A stretch of 34,962 bases of DNA, taken from Octopus bimaculoides (Eukaryota). Positions 1 to 11,846 of the stretch are shown here, in pieces. Each line of letters starts with the position of its first letter. Position 1 is the stretch's first letter. Under the pieces are notes generated by a model. It was not told the origin of the DNA. It did not search any database and worked only from the letters and a program-made list of their open reading frames with translations. The translations under genes and the position numbers were made by a program. The DNA lies in contig NC_068990.1 of NCBI RefSeq assembly GCF_001194135.2, forward strand, positions 45,807,625 through 45,842,586, given 5' to 3'.

Positions 1-31
<31 letters not shown>

Positions 32-467
32 CATACCCATGCACATATATAAATATATACATAAAGGCACAGATACGCAAATACACGCACATAAGTACGT
101 ACATAAGGCATATAATCATAGACATATATCTGCATTATAACCTTTAATTCGATAGTATTTGTTCATATTTAAGTGTGAATTAATTAATGCTTCTATTAAA
201 TACATTTACCTAAAATGATAGACATAGGTATTTATCTACCATATAATTGGCAAGATGAATATATTCTATTTGTTTACGTTATAGATGGAGATCTTGTGCA
301 TTATGTCATCACAAATGTAGTTTGTAAAAAGAATTTCGGGATATTATCAATATATGAGAAATTATTTCATGTATATTATTTTATTGATAAGTATTTTTTT
401 TTATAGTTTCAGCTGAGAGCTACGGCCATGCTGATGCACCGCCGTTTTGCTATAATTAATGACACTG

Positions 468-599
468 ATGGAGATTGAAAAAAGGCTGCAACAATCCTAT
501 GTGAGGGAGAGAGCAGACAAAGAAGCCTGGGTTATAAAAAACATTAAGTCAAACCCAAAGGCCTTCTTTCATTACGCGAAAGAAGGTACCTCAATTTGA
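468..599 (+). mobile_element. Fragment of a CR1/L2-type LINE ORF2 (endonuclease-RT linker)
   Basis: Translates to MEIEKRLQQSYVRERADKEAWVIKNIKSNPKAFFHYAK. IK.NPK.F..YAK is typical of the CR1/L2-like ORF2 linker; isolated and truncated. Confidence 0.65.
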
Positions 600-647
600 G
601 TACCTAATTCAACTGAATCTTAATTATATATATATATATATATATAT

Positions 648-1264
648 NNNNNNNNNNNNNNNNNNNNNNNNNNNNNNNNNNNNNNNNNNNNNNNNNNNNN
701 NNNNNNNNNNNNNNNNNNNNNNNNNNNNNNNNNNNNNNNNNNNNNNNNNNNNNNNNNNNNNNNNNNNNNNNNNNNNNNNNNNNNNNNNNNNNNNNNNNNN
801 NNNNNNNNNNNNNNNNNNNNNNNNNNNNNNNNNNNNNNNNNNNNNNNNNNNNNNNNNNNNNNNNNNNNNNNNNNNNNNNNNNNNNNNNNNNNNNNNNNNN
901 NNNNNNNNNNNNNNNNNNNNNNNNNNNNNNNNNNNNNNNNNNNNNNNNNNNNNNNNNNNNNNNNNNNNNNNNNNNNNNNNNNNNNNNNNNNNNNNNNNNN
1001 NNNNNNNNNNNNNNNNNNNNNNNNNNNNNNNNNNNNNNNNNNNNNNNNNNNNNNNNNNNNNNNNNNNNNNNNNNNNNNNNNNNNNNNNNNNNNNNNNNNN
1101 NNNNNNNNNNNNNNNNNNNNNNNNNNNNNNNNNNNNNNNNNNNNNNNNNNNNNNNNNNNNNNNNNNNNNNNNNNNNNNNNNNNNNNNNNNNNNNNNNNNN
1201 NNNNNNNNNNNNNNNNNNNNNNNNNNNNNNNNNNNNNNNNNNNNNNNNNNNNNNNNNNNNNNNN
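648..1264. other. Assembly gap (other gaps: 14055-14683, 21448-21916, 26633-26904, 28390-28399, 29467-30234)
   Basis: Runs of N. Confidence 1.
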
Positions 1265-1550
1265 CGTCTGGCCGCATAGCCTTTTCCGTTTGTTTTCCTG
1301 TCTTCCATGGGAAGAGCCGTCTTAACGATGCGTCCTGCCCAACTCTTCGAAACGCCGGTGTTAAAACGGGGGTAGCTGATGAAGGAAAATGTTCTCTATG
1401 TGGCTTGTGTGTTTTCTGTACTCTGGTTATTATTATTTTCTTGTCTACGTTTTGTTTGCAATGTCCTGTACCCAGATATACACCTATATATACAGGTAGA
1501 CGTAGGTATGCACATACCTGTACGTATATATGCATACACTCATTTATTAT
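1265..1550 (+). mobile_element. Probable 3' tail / pseudo-LTR of a Penelope-like element
   Basis: Contains GAAACGCCGGTGT (1349) and CTGATGAAGG (1376). The downstream ~180 bp are homologous to 29125-29350. The family assignment is inferred. Confidence 0.45.
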
Positions 1551-1554
1551 TTGT

Positions 1555-1598
<44 letters not shown>

Positions 1599-1788
1599 TT
1601 TCTTTTATCTTTTTACTTATTTCAGTGAATGGTGTGCAGCCATGCTGGGGTACCGTTTTAGAGTTTAGTCTATATTTCCTTAAGTTTGGGGCCTATTCTG
1701 TGGGTCTCTTTTAGCGAACCAATAAGTTATGGACATAAAAAATCTGACATCATTTGCCAAGCGGCGGGGGGTAGAGAACAAATACAAC

Positions 1789-1798
1789 TATACGCGCG

Positions 1799-1829
<31 letters not shown>

Positions 1830-1830
1830 A
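1789..1830. repeat. Alternating purine-pyrimidine tract TATA(CG)7(CA)12
   Basis: Read directly from the sequence. Confidence 0.95.
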
Positions 1831-1834
1831 ATGT

Positions 1835-1967
1835 ATCAAAACAATTTGATTCAAGCTCCTTGGTAGTTTGAGTTTCAAGTGTGACGCTAATCTTCGGCCA
1901 TTGGTCGAGGATTAGAGTCACGCTTGAAATTCAAAGTACCAAGTAGTTTGAATCAAACTGTTTTGAT
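1835..1967. mobile_element. 133-bp near-perfect palindrome (fold-back MITE-like element)
   Basis: Arms 1835-1900 and 1902-1967 are reverse complements with about 9 mismatches in 66 bp. Confidence 0.75.
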
Positions 1968-2939
1968 CCATACATGTAACTCCCAATAAATGTGTTGAGT
2001 GCCCTTCTTTTGTTTGTCTACACACACACACACACACACACACCCATATACACGACGGACTTCCGCACTGTTTCTGATTTCAGATTCACTCACCAAGGCA
2101 TCTGTTGGCTCGGGACAATAACAGAAGACGCTTGCCGAAGGGGTTGCGGTATGGGGCTGAATACAAAACCACGTAATCGCAAAATAAGCTTCTTAGCCAC
2201 ACATCTATGCCGCCTATGCCAAATGAATTTCCTAAAAAATGCTTTTGTTAAATATTGAATTTTAACTGTTTTGTTTTCTTTTGTTCTTCTCTTACGTTCT
2301 AGACTAGATTACGTCAGATGTTTACTCAGAAATAACGATTGTTATGTTAATCAAACTTTCCCCGAAACATTTTTAGTGGCAGTCACCATTGTAGTAGGTC
2401 TTAGTCATTATTCGTCCTTGGTAGGTTGCATGAAAAGGTGAGAATGACCACACTAATTTTTATATCTTTTATATTTCACTTGTCTCAGTCGTTAGACTGC
2501 GGCCATGCTGGGGCACCGCCTTGAAGAATTTTCAGCCGAATGAATCGACCCCAGTATTTATTTTATTTTTTTAAAAGCCTGGTACTTATTCTAGCGGGAG
2601 AGGAATAACCAAGATTTGTTTAAAGGGAATGTGATATAGGCGAATTCAAAGACACAGTATTCAGCAACGAAACTAAGTAATATTTCGACTTTCCTTTCGG
2701 ATGTACTATCCTTTCTAATTTTGATACATGACCAGTAATTATGAGAGGAGGGGCATGTCTATTACATCAACTCTACAGCTCAACTGGCACTTATTTTAAA
2801 GCCCCTGAGAAGATGAAAGGCAAAGTAGACCTCGGCGGAATTTTAACTGCCGCTCAGCATTTGCGTTCAATGTTGTCTCACTTTTCTTTTTTGGCAAAAT
2901 TTAATTAAGATCATGGCTTTTCCCTCCTCACTACAGGTA

Positions 2940-3816
2940 ACTAAACACTTTCAAACTTCGGACACTGGTAGAATGTGTCATATAAAACATCTTTTACTCT
3001 TAGTGATGTTGAGAAAAGTTTACATTTTCAAAGTTATTTCGTGTTAAAGTTGTCGTATTTCGGTAGTATCAACGAATCAATGACGTGTATTCAGCTGAAT
3101 AAAATTACTGCTGTTGTTTGTCAACAACAACTATCGGCGGTGTATATTTCGTTTGTCACTGTTATTTATGACATCGTTCGTGCATTTGTACTGGTTTTAG
3201 CTTTAGGGTTAGGGTTCGGGTTCGGGTTTTAGGATCAGGGTTAGGGTTTTAGGGTTAGTGTTAGGGTTTTAAGATTAGAGTTATGTTTAGGGTTTTAGGG
3301 TTAGAGTTTTAGGGTTCGGGTTTTAGGGTTAGGGTTAAGGTTAAGGTTAGGGTTGGGGTCTTAGGGTTAGGTTTGGAATTTTAGGGTTAGAGTTACGGAA
3401 AAATGTGAAAAATGAAGAAATTGGAGCGGGGGCGGCAAAAATGTCTGTCCGAAAATAGTAGCTGAAAAACAGGAAAAAAACCCCTAAAAGCAATAGAAAT
3501 GCACGAACGATTGTGGTGGTGCCATGAAGTAAACATGCTTCAGATACACTCGTTTATTCATACAAACGTAACAGATGAAATATGTCATAAATAACAGTGA
3601 CAAACGAAATATACACCGCCGGAAGTTGTTGTTGACAAACAACAGCAGTGATTTTATTCAGCTGAATACACGTCATTGATTGGTTGAAATTACCGAAATA
3701 AGACAACTTTAACATGAAATAACTTTGAAAATACAAACTTTTCTTAACAGCACTAAGGGTAAAAGATGTTTTATATGACACATTCTACCAGTGTCCGAAG
3801 TTTGAAAGTCTTTAGT
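2940..3816. mobile_element. Non-autonomous fold-back DNA element with 235-bp inverted arms and probable TA target duplication
   Basis: 2940-3174 is the reverse complement of 3582-3816 (also visible as near-identical mirror ORFs at 2975+ and 3554-); TA at 2938-2939 and 3817-3818. Confidence 0.85.
3196..3398 (+). repeat. Degenerate interstitial telomere-like tract (TTAGGG with TTTTAGGG, TTCGGG, TTAGAG, TTAAGG variants)
   Basis: About 200 bp of repeated TTAGGG-like units read directly. Confidence 0.9.
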
Positions 3817-4653
3817 TACAAAAAATCAATTTCTGGATGTGCCGTTCAAAGGGTAAAGATCCTACATAGCTCGCTTCATTAGGCTATTGCCTATTTTATT
3901 TATCACGCAGATGGCGTTTCTGTGTATTGCACCCTAACCCCTCCTTTGTCATTTTTTAAATAACATTATATAATTATTCATTTCGCCAGGAGATGACAAA
4001 CTTACTGTTCATGGCTGCAAAGGATTTACAACAATGTTGCGTAACACTGGAAATTGAGACAATTAATAGTTGCTGTTCTTACTATTTAGTCAAGTGTCTG
4101 CTGTCTCACCTTTAAATAGAAACCAAAATGTTGCTAAGTGGTAACTATGTGTAAAATTAGATGCTTGAGGTGAGAACCTTGCTAGAAAACTATGTCGATT
4201 ATGACATAATTGCAAACACAATTGTCTGAATGACGTCAGTGTTTTTAAATGAATGTACTTCGTGCAAGACGGAGTAATTAGCTTAGTAGATACAAGATGA
4301 GTGAGTGAGCATAAAGGAAATGACCAACTTAAGAATGTTTCATATTGTTTAGAAGTTAACTATAACCCAGTAATGTCTTTTTTTTTCTTTCCTTTTAACT
4401 TAAGAAAGGACACGCTTTCTTATTAGTGGCGATAATAGTCGGAGAGTTACTAACAGTTTAAAAGTGACTTCAAGATCCATTTGTTAATTGCACCAGATAA
4501 CATAGAGGTGAATATATTTACAATGACTACTGTTGCATTTCTGTGACGTGTGTGAATTTAATTCTTTATTGGTTACAGTCACAATTTAGCAAACAGAAAA
4601 ACACAGCTTGGTTGCAGTTGGATTATTTGTATGTTTTATTTTCTCATTGTTAT

Positions 4654-4833
4654 AGGCGCAGGCATAGCTGTGAGGGTAAGAAGTTCGCTTCGTAACCACG
4701 AGGTTTGGAGTTCAGTCTCCATGTGCTGTACCTTCTTCTAGCCTCGGACCGACCAATACTAGGGAGTGAATTTGGTAGATGGAAGCCCGTCGTGCACACA
4801 CACATACACACACACACACGCATACACACACAC
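4654..4833 (+). mobile_element. tRNA-headed SINE (family A: head, CORE-like segment, CA tail), internally deleted
   Basis: ggcgcaggcatagctgtgagggtaagaag...gagttcagt head; homologous to 10326, 25675 and 32461, and to minus copies at ~2040-2215 and 27715-27878. Confidence 0.75.
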
Positions 4834-5620
4834 ATAGGTCAAATAAAATGAGACAATAAAGCCAAGGCAGTGTGAAATTTCTAGGACATTTTATTAAAAG
4901 AAGGGTAGTCTTACAGGTGTTTCAGGGATATAAAAGATATCCCATCCTGTACACGCACACACACGACCCGCGTTAGACTCCTCACTCATACTATTATCTC
5001 AACAGAAGTAGTAGCCGACTCACCACCAAATCCCACCCGACAACTATTACAAAAAAAAAAAAAATGAAATGACGTTGAATTATATAAACCAAAGTATACG
5101 ATGACTGAAAGAAATTGGTTATAGCTGAAATGCTTTTGATCATAGATCTACTCAATCAGGTTTGAATATCTCAAAGTATTCAGACCTGATTGAGCAGACC
5201 AATGAAAATTAATGGTCAAGATTAAACAAACAGCACGTGTTAATTACTCGAAATATTTGATGATAAGGACACAACGAAAACAACTGAGTGCAGAGACTTA
5301 AAAAGATTTTGAAAGAAAGGCAAGCGTGAATTTGTCGATATATTATGTAAGTCACCCGGTGTAAGGTCAATCATTAATGTAATTATGGCTGTAAGAACGA
5401 AATAAAATGTTGTGAAGAGAGTTTTGTTGCTGGTGTTGTTTAGCTACTGGTCCGTCATTATCATGCAGATCTGAGATCAAACACATTCCGTTGTTTTGTC
5501 GTTGATAGAACTCTCTTGCTCTGTAGGTAACTGAGATATCCATCACATAAATGGGGAGATAAGCAGTATGAAATTAATGTGTGCATGGGTGTGTCAGAGC
5601 TGGAATTTGGTGGTGTGGAT

Positions 5621-5666
<46 letters not shown>

Positions 5667-7195
5667 GACTGATTTGAAACTCGGGACTGAAACAACTTCT
5701 CCATTGTTTCACAATTCCGATCGTCCATACAACTACTTGAACCCATCACTACCAGCTAACAAATCTTTTGTTAAATGTATAACGCTTCCATTCCTCACAA
5801 CAACGAGACTGTAACTACATATAGTACATATCTATAGCTAGCTAAACTAAATCAGCAAGAGTTGGCTTTGAAACATAGCTTGAAACTGGAACCAGGCTCC
5901 AGATTTAATGGTAAAGAACTGGGTACAATTATACAAACTTACCAAGGTCTATTGAGGAATATTGCCCGAAGAATACTTTATATAGAGAAAGAATTAAATA
6001 TTTTAGAGAAGAGTCATGCCGGACAAATGCTTAGCGGCATTTTGTCCGTTATTATGTCATGAGTTCAAATTTCCAGAATTTCTGGCCTTGTGCCAAAATT
6101 TGAAACTTATATTTTGGAGCAAAGTCAACTTGCTGTTTCTAAATTGAATAATTTAACATTCTGGTAGTTAAGTGTGAATGGTGTACAGTTACAGAGGTAA
6201 TTTACCTCAGTTTCACCTCCATCTCTCTCCCAGTCATGTCTGCAAGAACAGTGGGCTTCTGGAATTCCTTCCCCGTCAATGATTCTTTTTTCTCTTTTTC
6301 ATACAGACACCGACCTTCAAGCGTTTATACTGAGCATTAGCAGCATGTGTCTAACAGATATTCGTGGACCTGTCATCTAGCTTGAAAAGTAAAAATACTT
6401 AATTTATTTTGTATTCCGTTTATGATACATAAACGTAGAGAGTAGACTGAATAGTTAGAGGGTTGGCTAGAATGCCTTGCAGCATTTTTTTCAGACGCTC
6501 TTACCTTGTAATTCCAAATCTTGCCGGGATCAATTTTGCCTATAATCCTTTCAAAAGAGATTTTTTTTTTTTAATGAACCAACGCAAAGTGGTGGATTGG
6601 TGGAGTTACTAAAATATGAAATAGAAAGCGTTGTGATATTATTTCAGTTCTCTGCTCTCTGAGTTCAAATCCAATCGAGGTAAACTTCACTTTTGGTTCT
6701 TTTATTGTTCAGAATAAAGGTGATTGATTAGTGGAGTTGTTCGAGTTTTTGACGAGATGCCTTGCACTATCCGTTCCGGCTTTTTATGTTCCGAAATCCA
6801 ATACCTACGACGTCACTGGAGCCAAGCTGTGTTGACAAGGTCCTTGTCTTTCTATTGGATAACAATGCTGGTGTGAAGAGGAGAAATTTGATTGCATGGG
6901 TAACAGCTGGTCTTCAACAATAAATTTTGTCCAGGCCTGCGCCTTAGAGAGGAACATTCCACGTGCAGTTACATTATCAACACTGGTCAATGAAGGCCTT
7001 AGATATATTTGTTTCATTATTAAGACGCAAGACCATAAATTCGGGTGTGGGAGATAAGAGGGTCTGCTTTTTATGAATTTTCAATGGAAGTAAAGTAGTT
7101 TTGCCAAGAATTTCAGTGAGAACTCGGCTGACTGAAAATTGACCTCTGCTCTACGACGCTTACTAAATTATGTTTCTAGTAGTAGTTTTATGAGT

Positions 7196-7476
7196 GAAGG
7201 CGCATGGCTCAGTGGCTAGAGCGTCGAGCTTACGATTGCAAAGTTGTGAGTTCGAATCTCGTCACGTTGCTTCAGTTCACTCAGCTGTAGAAATGAGTTG
7301 CGACGTCACAGGTACCAAGCTGTATCGGCCTTTGCCTTTCCCTTGGATAACACTGATGGCGTGGATAGGGGAGACTGGTATGCATGGGCGACTGCTGGTC
7401 TTCCATAAACAACCTTGCCCGGACTTGTGCCACGAAGGGTAACTTTCTAGGTGCAATCCCATGGTCATTCGTGACC
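7196..7476 (+). mobile_element. tRNA-derived SINE (family D) with intact A and B boxes
   Basis: TGGCTCAGTGG and GTTCGAATC boxes; body shared with 30621-30996 and a decayed copy at ~6805-6990. Confidence 0.8.
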
Positions 7477-7940
7477 ATAAAACTACTGCAGCAGCAGTAG
7501 TTTTATGAATCTCAAAACGAAGGAAGTTTAGCATCTTTGACAAGATTCGATCACACAACTCTAAGCAAGCATAACAATAATATAATATAAACATTTACAA
7601 GATTACTAATATAAGTATGGGTAATGAATATAGCCCTCAAAACTGATGTCTGTGGGATTGTCCACTAACAAAGAGAAAAGACCTATTTACCTTTCAATTT
7701 GGCCTCGGACTAGAGGTAGATACCTGGTTATGGAGCGCTACTATAAATGATTCTTTCGTTCCATTGCACTTTCTAAATTTATCGGCAGAAGCAGAGGCCA
7801 CTGCATCCTTAACCAAACAAGATATGACCCTAAAATATTGCATATGAAATGTTTTGTTGAGCTGAGCCACAAAGATTTTTGTTATCATTAGTGTCCTGTC
7901 AAACCGAAGTATCAGGTGATGTTCATGAGGTGCTGGCCGT

Positions 7941-8378
7941 TTCAGTGAATTCTGGTTTGAAATGACTCAGTCCTATCCTGATGTCGCCAAATTGGCCCTC
8001 AAATTCATCGTTCTATTCGCAACAATGTACGAATGTGAGACGGCTTTTGCAACTTTACTCGCAATTGAAACAAAGGTTCGCAATTGAAACAAAGGTTCGC
8101 AATAAATTGGATGCTGCGCATGCCATGAGGGTCGCATTATCATAAACGCAGCCTAATATTAAGGACATATTACAGACCAAACAAGTTCATCCCTCTCGTT
8201 GAAATTTTTTCTTTTATCAGTAAAATTTTATCTCATGAAAAATTATTTTATACAAGGTCATTTTGCTTTGTTCGTCTTTTCTGATTTTTTTCATTTTGGG
8301 GTTGGGGTGGGGGTCCGCTAAGCCTCGAAATAATGGGAGGGGACCGTAGGACGGAAATTTTGAAAAAGTTTGAGAACT
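7941..8378 (+). mobile_element. 3' remnant of a hAT (Charlie/Buster-type) transposon: C-terminal dimerisation domain plus partial terminal inverted repeat
   Basis: FSEFWFEMTQSYPDVAKLALKFIVLFATMYECETAFATLLAIETKVRNKLDAAHAMRVALS*TQPNIKDILQTKQVHPSR* after removing a 19-bp tandem duplication; one in-frame stop; ends AAAAAGTTTGAGAAC like hAT TIRs. Confidence 0.88.
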
Positions 8379-9614
8379 AGAGGGAATTTGCTGTTAGGTT
8401 CTGGCCAGAGGTCAGGCGGCTAGGGAGCCTTAGGATGTAATCCAGCTGGAAAGTCGATGCTTCAAGAGAACCTGAGAGGCACTTCGTCTCTCATACTACA
8501 AAATGTTAGGGTAAGAACAGGCAATAGATAGGCCTCAGACCTTTTCTAAACAAGTTTTGAATTTAATGTATTTGTGGGCCGTTGAGTAGTTGATGACTTT
8601 TTAGAGTCTTCTTTTGTATCAAGATTTAATTTTTGCTTTTATAAATATCCACGTTGAAAATGGGAACAGATACATATGGATATTTTATATGCAAGATATA
8701 GCATACATACGGACCTTGGGCAAATATTAAAGAATAAATAGAAACTGCCGAAACCTGCATTAGGATATGATTTGAAGGAAATTCAATGCTGTTTCTTGCA
8801 GATAGAGTGACTTCATCGAAGCTTTTTTTGTTGAATCATCATATCTATATCTAGTTTGGCTGTAAAATTAAGCCCGAAGAGTGCCTTTTCTATATCTTTG
8901 AATGAAGGTTGAACTGACAAATATTTTTACTATTAGTCATTTCAGTATAGTTCAACATTCTTGCTACCAGACACATTTTGGTAAATGCGGCCGAGATTTT
9001 CGATCAACATAGGGTGGTGTTAGTAGTGGCAGGAGAGACCACATTAAAAGAGAAAATACTATAACAGAAAGATTCAGCTAAATATAGTTTTAAACGTAAA
9101 ATAAATTATAATCTGAATGCTAAGAGCTTGTAAATCAAGAGGTGTTTTCAGAAGAGAAATTCAGCAAATAAAAATTTAAATTCTAAAGAGAGAAGGGTTG
9201 GGGTTGGTATCAGGGTTGGCGAGAAGTGGATTCAGGCTTACAATTTACTGAAAATTGTAATATCTATCTATCTATCTATCTATCTATCCATCAAATCTAT
9301 CTATCTATCATCAGTTATGTAACAAGAAGACCATTTATGAAACTGACATTTCGTTAAAAAATGAATAAATGAAATAAAAAAGAGACAACTATTCTTACTA
9401 TATTTATTCCGAGAGAAGTTTAAGAACTGCTATGTTAATTAGAATCGCTTAAAATGAAAGCAAGAATATGGATATTTAAATCTCATCTCACTACTTTAGC
9501 TAAGTCGATGAGCGAAAGAGTCCATTAAAATTTGGCTGATTTCTATTAAAGTATCCTCCCTCTCTTTCTCTCTTGTTTTCAGCAACGAAAGTCATTTCAT
9601 GAGCCAACAGTGGA

Positions 9615-9835
9615 GCCTCTATGAGATCGCTCTACATTCTAGAAGTACCAATTAAAATTTTCCTTCACATCACATATTACCGTCTTAAAGAAGTTGGGAT
9701 ACATTGGATAATGGAGTAATAGATACATTATGTAAGTAGAAAAAAAAAAGAAATTGAAATGGTTCGACGGCTACAAATAGAACGCTTTTATCATAGGTCT
9801 GCTCGAGCAGGACTGAGCTAGGATTTAATAACAAC
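9615..9835 (+). repeat. Dispersed repeat family E (other copies ~4985-5165+, 5420-5560-, 11560-11700-, 13420-13625-, 22330-22545-, 23900-24120+, 33190-33345+)
   Basis: Recurrent ctctac.tgctagaaatagcagccaaat...atcacaccct and gatcataggtctgctc motifs across the window. Confidence 0.7.
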
Positions 9836-10325
9836 GAAAATTATTTCATAGCTGGTTTTAGTCATCAACATACCAGTCAACCTTCGAGCCAAAGTATGGG
9901 AAATGCGTGTTTTACAGTATGTAAATGACAGGAAAAGATAGCCTGAAACGTCAGCCGCATAAAAACTACATAGTAAAGTAGACATTAGCATACTTAATAT
10001 AATAAACCAACAAATTTTAATTTATCAAAATCATACTCTTATTGATGAGAATAACTCATTATCTAACTGGGTAATTCTGATTAAAACAGAGAGAGACGAC
10101 CCTGAAATTTTAATTCAGTATAACTAAGTATGGAATGCAGTGGCGAGTGTGCACTTTAACAAAGCAGACAATTCAAGACGTGATATTTGTTATATATTTG
10201 TTAACTTCAACAAAGTATTCCTCCAGTTCGACACCCTAGACTGGAACTTTGTTTCATTGATCCCAAGAGGATGAAAAGCAAAGTTAATTTTCGTGAGATT
10301 TTAACAAGTACCACAAGGATTTCTA

Positions 10326-10473
10326 TGGCTGTGTGCTTAAGAAGCTCACTTTGCAACTACGTGATATCGAGTTCAGTTCCATTGCGCGACACCTTGGGTA
10401 AGTGTAGACTCAAGTCGACCAATAACTTGGTACTCGGAAACTGTGTAGAAGCCCGTCGTGTGTGTGTGTATGT

Positions 10474-10556
<83 letters not shown>
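10326..10556 (+). mobile_element. Family A SINE with a long (CA)n tail
   Basis: tggctgtgtgcttaagaagct...gagttcagttcc...accttgggtaagtg, then gaagcccgtcg and CA repeats. Confidence 0.75.
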
Positions 10557-10557
<1 letters not shown>

Positions 10558-11846
10558 ATATATATATTGTTTCGAATTTGTGTAAATGTGTATAGAATAA
10601 TATATCAGTTGAATAAATATAAAACATGGTCTGGTTTTTACGTTTTTTATTATGGTATTTTAACATTAAAAAAATATCTTGTAATGCTCATAATGTTAAA
10701 TTAAAGTTAAATTAACGCTTTCATGCATAGTTTAATCATCAGATTTCAAATGTGTTTAACTGACAGTTGAGTTCTTGACAACTTTAGTACCTCCTAGAAC
10801 GCTCCAACAAGCTGAATTTTTAGAATACCTTTTTGACCAATCTGCTTAAACATCACGGTTTGCCAGGCGTACCAATATTCTGTAACTTGTTCGTATTTAT
10901 ATCTTTTATCTTACTTCTAACCTCACTTGTGTCATGTAGTTTGTAGAAAGGAAAAATTAGAAACATTTTCTGACCACATGTCTATATGCTCGCTCAGTGG
11001 AGTTTAGTGAACATTAGTGTTCCGGATTTGCTGTCTGTGGACTCGTGAGCGTTCCGATAATGCATTCCCTGTCTCGCCTATATATATAATTCGTCGCAAT
11101 TCGGGCATTTAATGCAGTAGATCAAATTTCTGCTTTTGCAGTTCATATCTGCATATGCGAAAATCTGTCCATTTTTTGTTCTAATGGATCTACCCGTATG
11201 CATATATATATAATACATTAAGAATAAACTTCAATCTTGCTTGCTTGCTTGTAATGTTACACATCCAAACTGGCGCATAATGGGGAAAATACATTGAAAG
11301 TAAAGTGCTCTGAAATGTGAAGACAAACGGAATAAAACAAGTTTTGCGTAAATTGGACCAGTGGTTATTGAGATACTCAGGGTTTTGAGGGTATAAATAC
11401 CCCCAAAACGGTGCATAATGGGAAAATATTCCGAAAATAACTGTTGAAGCATGAGTCTGAGGACGAGCAGGAACTAAATAGTAATAGAAACAAAACATTT
11501 GCTGATTTTACAGTTGTGAACTATACTATATTGTTGTTTAGCCTAGATCAAAGTATTCCAGCCAGAATCACTCCATCTTATTTTAGACAGTATTATCCAG
11601 GACTAAATTATTCAAAGTCTGCTTCAAGTTTTAAGATCATAAGGTGAGATTTGAAAGGAATTTTGTCGCTATTTGTAGCATATCAAGTTACCAAACAGAG
11701 ATTTCCTTGTTGACCATATGGTACCTATTTCTGGATTGGTTAACAAAATCATTAAAAATTTAGTGTGGTATAAAGGTTGTTAGATAGTTATTGATGGATA
11801 ACATCTGGTGGCTGCATGTTACATTCACAATGACCACACTGATATT

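Noticed and set aside
3196-3398. Telomere tract as a chromosome end or fusion scar
   Set aside because: It is short, degenerate, has no head-to-head CCCTAA array, and sits inside a TIR-bounded element.
2975-3781. Two near-identical small ORFs on opposite strands (MSYKTSFTLS...)
   Set aside because: They are the two arms of the inverted repeat; no recognisable domain.
7196-7270. tRNA gene
   Set aside because: A and B boxes are present, but I see no convincing acceptor stem and it continues into a SINE body found three times in the window.
11444-11650. 67-aa ORF with an AG|GTGAG donor-like site near the CpG boundary
   Set aside because: The 3' part is an inverted family E repeat, and there are no partner exons.
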